The notes below the pieces were generated by a model. The model searched no databases. It was given only the letters and a program-made list of their open reading frames with translations, and had not been told where the DNA came from. Below, piece after piece: positions 25,775 to 33,080 of a stretch of DNA of 33,080 nt; the stretch's first letter is position 1; each line of letters opens with the position of its first letter. The stretch lies in the IMG/VR virus record IMGVR_UViG_3300020469_000149, positions 1-33,080 of that record. One strand, given 5' to 3'. The translations under genes and the position numbers were made by a program. This stretch comes from a virus. Its lineage: Duplodnaviria > Caudoviricetes.

Positions 25775-27688
25775 GTGTCTAACCTGAACCAGATTACTGA
25801 GCGGATTGTGGAGCGTCTTGGCCTCACTGAGATGCCAGGTGGCAAGGTTTTTGCTCCGGATTCCCAGGCGTGGGATTGCAGCCTCGGGGCTCTCACTTTC
25901 TTGTTCGCTATGTCAGACCAGAACCCTATGCTCAGGGAGACAGCTGATTTTCGCAGGGAACGCATTGACACGGAACGGACTCCTGGCGAGCAGTCCCTCG
26001 ACTCGGGCTTCTGGTATCGCTCGCAAGAGTCGTGGCATTTAGGAGCTGGCTTACGTTCCGCTGAGCCTCTCGAGCTCGACACGAGCGAGTCTCGCTTCCG
26101 CTACGCGAGGGGTGGCGGCGTTGACCCGTGGACACCAGGACAGCTCACGCTATTAAACGAGACTGAGAGCGTTCGTTCTCTTTCGAGTACGCACATCGAG
26201 GTCTTGGGAACATCGTCGGGGATTTTGACTGCGAATGACGCGGGCGTTGAGATGAGCAACCTGGATGGTGCAGTCACGTGGAGCTACGCGAACACAAACA
26301 TCCACTCTCTGACCACTGATGGTGATAATTGGTACATCGGCACGACCGGCGGTGAAATCTACTCCGGCACGAACGCAGCTGGCGGCGGCACGCTTTACAA
26401 CAACTTCTCGACCACGGCTAACGTCTTAGTGCGTTGGGTCAAAGGTCGCTTGATCGCAACCGTCGGTAGGGCTGTGCATGAAGGCGCGGGCGGAACGTGG
26501 ACTCAGATAGATCCTGGCACTACTTTCCCTAGCGGGTGGACTTGGACTGATATTGCGGAAGGCCCGTCGGCTATCTACTTGGCTGGTAACGCTGGCGACC
26601 AGGCAGCTATTTACAAGATTGAGGCCACCGCGACCTCGAGCGCGATTCAGCTAAGTGCCCTGGTGCAAGTCGCTGATATGCCTCGAGGCGAAACCGTGAA
26701 CACTATTTACGCTTACGTCGGCAGCTTCTTAATGATCGGAACCTCGACCGGCACCCGCGTCGCCTCGATCAACGATGACGGCAACCTGAGCATTGGCCCT
26801 TTGATTCACGAATCCAGCGACGGCGTGAAAGATTTTGTCGCGGTTGGCTCATACGTGTACGCAGCGGTCGGAGCTCAATGTCAAAAGGGCGACCGTTCGA
26901 CTGCTCCTGGCCTTGTACGCATCCATCTGGGCGAGACACTTAATAACAACCCGCTTGACTTCGCTCACGCCGACGACATTTACGTCGATGTGACGGGATC
27001 TTGCGAGAGCGTCACGTATGCGACGGACAAGCTAGTGCTTGGTGTGACGGGAACTGCTGGTGTCTACAAGCAGTCCACTACCTATGTTGCGAGCGGTTTC
27101 ATCGAGACTGGCCGAATCCGCTTAGGTACGGCAGAGGCGAAAACGTGGCGCGATCTTCGAGTGCTGAACTTGCCTGGATCTTCGGGCTCTGTCATTGGTT
27201 ACGCGAATCGTGATGAGGGCTCGACCAACCCATCGACCTGGCAGCAAGTGGTTTTCGCAGATGGTGAGCGTTACGACCGGACAGGGAAAGTCAGCTCGAA
27301 CCCCAATGAGCCTTTCACGGACATTTTCGTTGCGCTCGAGCTCAAGGCGTCTACCGACAAGTCAGGCACTTCTCACGTGTCGTCTTACAACCTGCGAGCT
27401 ATCCCAGCTCCGACGAGGACGCGGCTGATCCGCGTTCCTGTCATGCTGTTTGATCGGGAGACTGATCGAGCTGGCTCAGTCATGGGGTATGACGGTTATG
27501 CGTTTGACCGTTTGGAGCTGCTCGAGGCTCTTGAGCAAGTGTTCGCCGTGGTTCCTTTCGAGGACTTCACGACTGGCGAGAAGGTGAACGTTTACATCGA
27601 GCGGGTGTCGTACTCGAGGACTACTCCCCCAGCTCAAAATGAGGGAAATAACGGAGGAATAGCGACGATCCTACTGCGCGTTATTTAA
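25775..27688 (+). CDS. putative tail nozzle / tail tubular protein B
   Basis: 637 aa, beta-propeller-like W/T/G-rich repeats, C-terminal GFIETGRIRLGT-E-K motif; size typical of podovirus nozzle. Confidence 0.6.
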   Translation: MSNLNQITERIVERLGLTEMPGGKVFAPDSQAWDCSLGALTFLFAMSDQNPMLRETADFRRERIDTERTPGEQSLDSGFWYRSQESWHLGAGLRSAEPLELDTSESRFRYARGGGVDPWTPGQLTLLNETESVRSLSSTHIEVLGTSSGILTANDAGVEMSNLDGAVTWSYANTNIHSLTTDGDNWYIGTTGGEIYSGTNAAGGGTLYNNFSTTANVLVRWVKGRLIATVGRAVHEGAGGTWTQIDPGTTFPSGWTWTDIAEGPSAIYLAGNAGDQAAIYKIEATATSSAIQLSALVQVADMPRGETVNTIYAYVGSFLMIGTSTGTRVASINDDGNLSIGPLIHESSDGVKDFVAVGSYVYAAVGAQCQKGDRSTAPGLVRIHLGETLNNNPLDFAHADDIYVDVTGSCESVTYATDKLVLGVTGTAGVYKQSTTYVASGFIETGRIRLGTAEAKTWRDLRVLNLPGSSGSVIGYANRDEGSTNPSTWQQVVFADGERYDRTGKVSSNPNEPFTDIFVALELKASTDKSGTSHVSSYNLRAIPAPTRTRLIRVPVMLFDRETDRAGSVMGYDGYAFDRLELLEALEQVFAVVPFEDFTTGEKVNVYIERVSYSRTTPPAQNEGNNGGIATILLRVI

Positions 27689-27710
27689 GCCCTCAGAAGC
27701 CACGAGAATT

Positions 27711-27746
27711 GCCCCCTTGACCGGAATGGTCAGGGGGGCTTTTTTT
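27711..27746 (+). terminator. intrinsic terminator ending the virion operon
   Basis: GCCCCCTTGACC-GGAAT-GGTCAGGGGGGC followed by T7; between convergent genes. Confidence 0.85.
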
Positions 27747-27774
27747 GTGTCTCTACGTGCCCCTCAGGGCTGAT

Positions 27775-27996
27775 TTAGGCTGTTGTCGCCCTATCGACAT
27801 ACTGTTGCTTACGGAAACCTGCATACTTTCTTTTGCTCTTCTCAGACCTACCGACTTCCTTGTATCGGATGAACGGCTGGAAGCACCCGTCGCACAGGTC
27901 GAGGATGTATGTCGCTCGAGCGTCTTGTCGCCAGGTGACCTTGGTAACCGCGGGTGACTCGCACAGGTCGCAGATTGTGGACGTTACCTCTGCCAT
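27775..27996 (-). CDS. 73-aa zinc-binding protein resembling the Lsr2 dimerisation domain
   Basis: GGAGG RBS; CDLC...TYILDLCDGC...VGR versus Lsr2 TYEIDL...AGR. Confidence 0.55.
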   Translation of the reverse strand: MAEVTSTICDLCESPAVTKVTWRQDARATYILDLCDGCFQPFIRYKEVGRSEKSKRKYAGFRKQQYVDRATTA

Positions 27997-28008
27997 GCCT
28001 CCATGTTA

Positions 28009-29037
28009 CTAGACGGCCCGTAGCTGATTCTGGGCTTGCCCTGTCAGGTCGATTCGTGTCCCCGCTAGGAGGCTGTGGAGCTGGTTTTTCTCGATATCTC
28101 GGCCTATGTATTTCATGGTGTCTTTAATTGATTTGTGTCCCAGCATTTCGCTGACGCGCAGTAGGGCCGACTGTTCTCCTTGATTGAGGCGAAAATGGTC
28201 GAGCAACATTCGAGCTCCGCTACGCCGCAGCGCGTGGTTTCCGGTCTTGCCCTTGTATTCGGGGCCGACATATCCCAGCTCAGCGAAAGCCTTATTGACC
28301 GGCTCGTAAATGTGGGAGAGCTGCTCGTCCATGTTCATCGTGATTGGAGGCAGGAACGAAGTCTGGTGGTGGTTGAACACGCGCCTTTTGCGCCGCGGCG
28401 TCAAGACCCATTCGGGCCGTATTGATCCTTGTGTTTGCCGCACCCACTCGAAGTATCGCTCGAACTCATCGACCAGGTTGTCCACGATGGGATTTGATTT
28501 TTCTACCATTTCCGTCTGCTCGCCTGGGGTTGACTTGGGAACTCGGTAACGCATCCACTTACCCTTGAGGTCTACGTCCCCGAAGGTGAGGAGCTGTACC
28601 TCGCTTCCTCGAAGTAGTGAGAACAGTCCGACAGCTACGATCATTCGATCCCGCGGGTGGGACTTGTCGGCGGCCTCGAGTAAGTCATCGAACTCGGTGG
28701 CAGGAATCCAGAACATGCGAGAGTCCACCTCTCGAGCTGCCCGCCAACCGCGAGTCGGGTCGAAGCTAGGCTCCACGATCCCTCGATCACGGCAGAACTG
28801 AAAGAACTCCCGCAGGTTTCCTAAGTAAAGGTTGCGGGTTTTTGGAGCCCACTCGTGAGAGGAAAAATACTTGTCTACGTTGCTGGCGTTGATCCGACGA
28901 ACCATCGGATTTCCCCAAACTTTCTTGGCATGGTTGAGGGTCTGGATCTTGTTTTTTCGCGTGTTGGGCTTTAGTTTTCGAGCGACTATCCACTCGTCAT
29001 ATTGACGAGCTGCTGTGCTCAAAGTTTCGTGCGCCAT
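28009..29037 (-). CDS. int: tyrosine integrase
   Basis: LLRGSE (R), HALRRSGA (HxxR), LGHKSIKDTMKY (H, Y); SAM-like N-terminal domain; GGAGG RBS. Confidence 0.93.
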   Translation of the reverse strand: MAHETLSTAARQYDEWIVARKLKPNTRKNKIQTLNHAKKVWGNPMVRRINASNVDKYFSSHEWAPKTRNLYLGNLREFFQFCRDRGIVEPSFDPTRGWRAAREVDSRMFWIPATEFDDLLEAADKSHPRDRMIVAVGLFSLLRGSEVQLLTFGDVDLKGKWMRYRVPKSTPGEQTEMVEKSNPIVDNLVDEFERYFEWVRQTQGSIRPEWVLTPRRKRRVFNHHQTSFLPPITMNMDEQLSHIYEPVNKAFAELGYVGPEYKGKTGNHALRRSGARMLLDHFRLNQGEQSALLRVSEMLGHKSIKDTMKYIGRDIEKNQLHSLLAGTRIDLTGQAQNQLRAV

Positions 29038-29122
29038 AGCTGTCCTCCTATCGTGCTTTTTGTATTTGTCACGGTAGCACTAACTCGGAGGAGATACCGT
29101 GATTTACCCGTAATGCGGTTAA

Positions 29123-29146
29123 GGGTTCGAGTCCCCCTCCGGACAC
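29123..29146 (+). mobile_element. attP core homologous to a tRNA 3' end (probably actinobacterial tRNA-Leu)
   Basis: GGG-TTCGAGT-CCCCC-TCCGGAC-AC = partial T-arm plus acceptor 3' strand, no 5' half; about 85 bp from the integrase start. Confidence 0.8.
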
Positions 29147-29150
29147 AGCC

Positions 29151-29176
29151 CCCCAAAAACGCCATATTTTTTGGGG
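29151..29176 (+). terminator. stem-loop downstream of attP core
   Basis: CCCCAAAAA/TTTTTGGGG. Confidence 0.45.
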
Positions 29177-29413
29177 ACTTATCCACAGGTTTGGTGACGG
29201 TAATCTTGGCCCCCTCGGTTGTGCTACCTCATATTTATTCGTTTTGTCCCGCAATCAGGATCAATACTGAAACAAATTACCCTATGTTTGCTCGTTACCG
29301 TGTTTTGAGTAGGCAATCGCTTGTCTTTGGCATATGTTTCGGCTGCAATCATATTTCTAACTGAATATCTATGCCGGTGGCGACGGCGGACAATAACGCG
29401 GAAAGAGGACTCA

Positions 29414-29848
29414 GTGGGGCGAAATCGCATTAGTCCAACGGACAAAGAGTTAGCAGAGCTGTTGCGTCTGGGGTGCACACATGAGGATATTGTTGAGAAA
29501 GTTTACGAGGACACTGGCGTACGACTTTCTCGATCAACGATCAGTGTTGCTATTGGACGAGCTGGTTTAACTTCCCAAAACCGCTACACGGAAGAAGTGC
29601 CGTGGACAGTCGCAACGAAATACTTACGTCAGTACCAACCAAAAATGCTGCGCATCCTTGGTCGCCGTCGTGCCGGACTCGAGCTAAGCGACGTTGAAAA
29701 TGATCGGCTTGATAAGTGGCTTGCGAAGCTTGACGGTGAGAACGCCGTTGTCGTGTATGACCCGAACCGCGGGTTTGGTTACGCAGAGCGAGTGGCTTCT
29801 GATCCGAAGGATCTTCCGATACATCCGATTGATGTAGAACTTAGTTAA
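29414..29848 (+). CDS. immunity repressor, mycobacteriophage L5 gp71-like family
   Basis: N-terminal HTH then PW-V...LR...RL-KW--KL--EN-VV-YDP--GF-Y--R pattern; divergent from integrase; GTG after GAGG. Confidence 0.7.
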   Translation: MGRNRISPTDKELAELLRLGCTHEDIVEKVYEDTGVRLSRSTISVAIGRAGLTSQNRYTEEVPWTVATKYLRQYQPKMLRILGRRRAGLELSDVENDRLDKWLAKLDGENAVVVYDPNRGFGYAERVASDPKDLPIHPIDVELS

Positions 29849-30248
29849 AGACTGATGGGTGTGCCTTCACTCGAACTATTGGATTGTAGTTTTTTTGGCA
29901 CAGTAATACAAGCGACTCGCCCAAGGTTTCACAAAAACATTGATTCTTAAAGTACACCCGCGGCGCGCCGACAAAATGGTTGCGAAGTAAGGCTGACCTA
30001 ATTACAGTCCCGCTATGGCGAACAGCGAGAGGTACTCCTGCGGTACTTGGACTGCCCTCCTGTCGCGCTGCCCTTGCAATCAGGCGAACACGGCACAGTT
30101 TCCGGACTATTTCGCTCACTCCCCCCGCAGCGGATTTACTGGGTAAGCCCCTTTTTGGGGTTGCAGATGAGCACACGCATTATTATGCAGGCTGCGGCGT
30201 GTCGCCTGAACCGAAGCCCTTGATGGGTTACCGTTACCTACGTGTTTC

Positions 30249-30458
30249 ATGTTCCGCATTTGGCTTTTGAGGTCTACATTGGTTATCACACTTGATAAGG
30301 GAAGGTGCGTCGTCTTTTGGGACGGCTCTGACGACGGCTGGCAGCTCGCCGTCGAACGTCATGGCATCGCTGAACGCACCGATTTGTGCGTGCTCGCGGA
30401 GGAAAAAGTTGAGCCTGGGTTGCATTGGGTCGCCCTCGGCCCGCGGGAGGAAGAGTGA
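30249..30458 (+). CDS. hypothetical protein, 69 aa
   Basis: GTGA overlap with next gene; no clear RBS (possibly leaderless). Confidence 0.5.
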   Translation: MFRIWLLRSTLVITLDKGRCVVFWDGSDDGWQLAVERHGIAERTDLCVLAEEKVEPGLHWVALGPREEE

Positions 30459-31288
30459 GCGTCCTCGCTGAAGTTACTGGCAAGGCGCATTTAAGTCTGA
30501 GCGCACTCAAGTCGTACAGCACGTGCGGCGAGCAGTATCGACTTGAGCGAATCGTGGGGGTAGAAACCGACTCAAGCTGGGCGTTGTTCGGCGGGAAGGT
30601 TTTTCACACCGCGACTGAGTACCTGGATCTTATGAAGTTCTTGAGCCCTGAGCTGGCTGTCGAGGACGCATGGAAGTACGAGGAGCAGTCCGTCGATACG
30701 GACAAGCTGCGCCCAGGCGGTCGAAACAAGGTCGAAAACGGCGAGTGGTGGACTGAAAAACTTTTAGTCTTTTTGCAACAGTACCTCCAATGGAGGGACG
30801 CGCGGTTCGAGAACGGCTGGATGTGGCTTGACCTCGGGGACGGGCGACCAGCGATTGAGTTCGAGGTACGAGGAACCCTTGGTGGCGTCCCCGTCTTGGG
30901 ATACGTCGATAGGGCGATGGTCAGCCCTGACGGGGAAGTCCATATCTACGACCTTAAGACGGGTGCGCGGAGCAACTCGAGGGAGCAGCTCGACGTTTAC
31001 GGATCGCTGCTGCGGCAGGCGTATGGCATAACCGCTAGTCACGGCTCCTACTACATGGCCCGCAAGGGCAACACCGACGAGATGTTCCTGCTCTCGACTG
31101 AAAACCCGCAGCTTGACGCATGGTGGCAGGAGAGCGCGCGAGGTATCGAGGCCGAAGTTTTCCTGCCTAACCCCAGCAGCCCTTTCTGCGGGATCTGCCA
31201 AGTGAAGCCGTACTGCCGACTTAAGGGCGACCCGTCGGCAATCGCAAGTTTTGACACTAAGAAACGACAGAAGAAAGAGAGTGAGTAA
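30455..31288 (+). CDS. Cas4/RecB-like PD-(D/E)XK exonuclease
   Basis: LS-S-LK-Y--C, GKVFH, E...GYVDR...IYDLKTG, QL-VY, C-terminal CGIC-----C (Fe-S staple). Confidence 0.88.
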   Translation: MSVLAEVTGKAHLSLSALKSYSTCGEQYRLERIVGVETDSSWALFGGKVFHTATEYLDLMKFLSPELAVEDAWKYEEQSVDTDKLRPGGRNKVENGEWWTEKLLVFLQQYLQWRDARFENGWMWLDLGDGRPAIEFEVRGTLGGVPVLGYVDRAMVSPDGEVHIYDLKTGARSNSREQLDVYGSLLRQAYGITASHGSYYMARKGNTDEMFLLSTENPQLDAWWQESARGIEAEVFLPNPSSPFCGICQVKPYCRLKGDPSAIASFDTKKRQKKESE

Positions 31289-31845
31289 TGCAAGAAGCCA
31301 CAGCCAGCATGAACGTTTTTATGTTTCACGGGGCCAGGTCGATTGGCAGCTACACCAGGCGCAACAACGAGGGCCGCGATTTCACTAACGAAGAGGTGCA
31401 AGAAACTCTTGCTACAGCAACGTACGGCGAGAAGTTTTATGCGTCCATGCGTGGTGAGGGTAGCTCGCACCAGGCAGCAGCCGCAGCCGTCACCGCGTCC
31501 ATCCCAGGCACGAGCATTGTTGAGCAGATTGATGAGGTCACGAAGGCGGTCGATACTCGACCTGCTCCCCCATCACCGCAGGCGCAGCCACAGCAGGAAG
31601 TCCAGGTGGTTAGGGGTAAGTACAAGTATTGGGTTTACAACCACCCACAGGCTCCATTAACCCCAACGGGTCAGAAATCTGTGATGGTCTATTACCGCAG
31701 CAAGCCACCCAAGCTAACGCTTCATCATCGGTGGGCAGACCCGTCCGAAGCTGCCAGCGACGGCAAGCAAAAGGGGCCGTGGGACGGCGAATGGGTCAAG
31801 GACGACGTTGATAAGTCCATGCTCGAGGGCATTAAAGACATTTAG
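31288..31845 (+). CDS. hypothetical protein in replication module, 185 aa
   Basis: TAATG coupling; Ala/Pro/Gln linker and aromatic/basic C-terminal domain. Confidence 0.7.
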   Translation: MQEATASMNVFMFHGARSIGSYTRRNNEGRDFTNEEVQETLATATYGEKFYASMRGEGSSHQAAAAAVTASIPGTSIVEQIDEVTKAVDTRPAPPSPQAQPQQEVQVVRGKYKYWVYNHPQAPLTPTGQKSVMVYYRSKPPKLTLHHRWADPSEAASDGKQKGPWDGEWVKDDVDKSMLEGIKDI

Positions 31846-31847
31846 AG

Positions 31848-31954
31848 TTCCGCGCTCCGATAGCGCGGGATCGGCCCTGAGATTTCGTGGGCGGCTTCTC
31901 AGGGCTTGGGGAAGAAGGGGTGGGGGCTCTAAGGGGATTGGAGCTCCCACCTCC
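31848..31954 (+). other. three consecutive intergenic hairpins
   Basis: CCGCGCT/AGCGCGG; GCCCTGAGA/TCTCAGGGC; GGGGTGGGGGCTCTAA/TTGGAGCTCCCACCTC. Confidence 0.6.
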
Positions 31955-31973
31955 CGCCAGGAAAGGACAAGTT

Positions 31974-32108
31974 GTGGCGAAGAAAGACGACGCTGTGTGG
32001 GAGGCAAGGCAGTGCATCCATTGTGGAGCAGAAGCCTGGTTTGAGTGCGGCGAATACCTGCTCCGCTGCACAAACTACGCAGACTGCGGTAGGTACATGA
32101 TCCGATGA
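31974..32108 (+). CDS. 44-aa zinc-ribbon protein
   Basis: GTG after GAAAGGA; CIHC...C-----C; ATGA overlap with helicase. Confidence 0.65.
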   Translation: MAKKDDAVWEARQCIHCGAEAWFECGEYLLRCTNYADCGRYMIR

Positions 32109-32893
32109 GGCAGCTCCACAAGGCTGTGCTTTCACCCACTGCGCAAGCACCGTCCGTACCGAACATCTGGCCCGCACTTGCAGCTCGAGGCATCAGCTTC
32201 CGCGTCGGTGAAGTGTCAATGATCGCGGGGCGTCCCAGCACGGGAAAGTCGATGGTCGCACTGAACCTCGCGTACCGCGCGAAAGTGCCGACCTTGTACG
32301 TCAGTGCCGACTCACACATGGCGACGCAAAGCATCCGGCTTATGTCGATTATCACCGGCAAAGACCAGAAAGAAATGGAGGAGCTCCTGACGACGGATCG
32401 GAAGCGCGCGTCGGACTTGTTGAGGAGCGAGCCGCACTTGCGTTGGGATTGGAGTAGCAACCCTCGAGCTGAGCTGATCGAGGAGCTCGTTGAGGCGCAC
32501 GCTGAGATGTTTAGTAACGGGCCAACCATGCTGATCGTGGACAACCTGACGGACGTTATGCGTGACCCTGGGGACGAGTGGGGCAAGCAGTTCCTACTGG
32601 ATATGAAGTTCCTGGCCCGCAAGTGGGAGCTCGCCGCGGTGATCTTGCACCACATGAGCTTGTCTCGACCACACCAGCCTGGAACCGTGCCACCGCTTGA
32701 AGCGATCCAGGGCAAAACCGCCGAAACACCAGCTCTTGTCCTGTCGGTCACGACGCAGGACGGGTGGCTTGGTGTCGGTGCGGTGAAGAACCGTTACGGC
32801 TTGATGGATTCCCACGGGCAAACGGTCGATTGGTTCTCGTACGAACCGGCTCGAGCCTGGATCGGTGAGTCGGAGCGAGCTGGTGGGCCATGA
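32105..32893 (+). CDS. DnaB-like (SF4) helicase, ATPase domain only
   Basis: Walker A AGRPSTGKS, Walker B LIVDNL, VILHH, VKNRYG. Confidence 0.88.
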   Translation: MRQLHKAVLSPTAQAPSVPNIWPALAARGISFRVGEVSMIAGRPSTGKSMVALNLAYRAKVPTLYVSADSHMATQSIRLMSIITGKDQKEMEELLTTDRKRASDLLRSEPHLRWDWSSNPRAELIEELVEAHAEMFSNGPTMLIVDNLTDVMRDPGDEWGKQFLLDMKFLARKWELAAVILHHMSLSRPHQPGTVPPLEAIQGKTAETPALVLSVTTQDGWLGVGAVKNRYGLMDSHGQTVDWFSYEPARAWIGESERAGGP

Positions 32894-32997
32894 GCCAACC
32901 AAACCTTTTCCCTTTGGACGAGCACGAGTGCCGCACTGACGGTGCGTATGAGCCGTGCAACTTTTGTGGCTTGCCGTGGGAGGAAATAGATGAATAG
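32890..32997 (+). CDS. 35-aa Cys/His micro-protein (MSQPNLFPLDEHECRTDGAYEPCNFCGLPWEEIDE)
   Basis: ATGA overlap; HxC...CxxC; read by hand. Confidence 0.5.
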   Translation: MSQPNLFPLDEHECRTDGAYEPCNFCGLPWEEIDE

Positions 32998-33080
32998 CTC
33001 CATGAGCAGTCGGAACAAGGCTAAGGGAAGTCGATTCGAGAATCTGCTCGAGGTTTGGTTGATTGCTGCTGGATACATCG
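32990..33080 (+). CDS. Holliday junction resolvase-like nuclease (5' part, truncated by window)
   Basis: GGAGG RBS; SRNKAKGSRFE-LL--WL---GY N-terminus typical of Hjc-type phage resolvases. Confidence 0.6.
   Translation, partial: MNSSMSSRNKAKGSRFENLLEVWLIAAGYI

Larger units (their letters stand above)
29069..29302. promoter_or_regulatory. repeated (C/G)ACGGTA sites flanking attP (integrase arm sites or repressor operators)
   Basis: TCACGGTA 29069 (+), TACCGTGA 29095, TGACGGTA 29195, TACCGTG 29296. Confidence 0.45.

Noticed and set aside
29069-29147. complete tRNA gene next to integrase
   Set aside because: No 5' strand complementary to TCCGGAC and the T-stem is only partly paired; it is an attP fragment.

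Overview
About 33 kb of an unintegrated temperate, podovirus-type (no tape measure) tailed phage genome, most likely infecting an Actinomycetota host. Order: tail end of a leftward cluster of small genes with long hairpins (1-480); a repeat-rich non-coding junction (480-1200); a rightward virion operon (terminase, portal, 2371-aa and three mid-sized putative ejection proteins, scaffold, major capsid, adaptor, fibre and glycine-rich receptor-binding proteins, small basic proteins, holin-like genes, amidase endolysin, nozzle-like protein); a leftward tyrosine integrase plus Lsr2-like zinc protein; an attP core matching a tRNA 3' end; an L5-type immunity repressor; and the start of a replication module (Cas4/RecB-like nuclease, DnaB-like helicase, truncated resolvase). 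The most unusual element is a 79-nt RNA at 15839-15917 with all hallmarks of the tmRNA tRNA-like domain (G3.U70 alanine acceptor, stemless D-loop, P2 helix, T-arm) but no mRNA-like domain, directly followed by a pseudoknotted leader of the scaffold gene. A second striking signal is about 5-fold over-representation of CTCGAG in all reading frames, dense at the left junction and absent from the receptor-binding module. All assignments come from motif recognition by eye; no searches were run.
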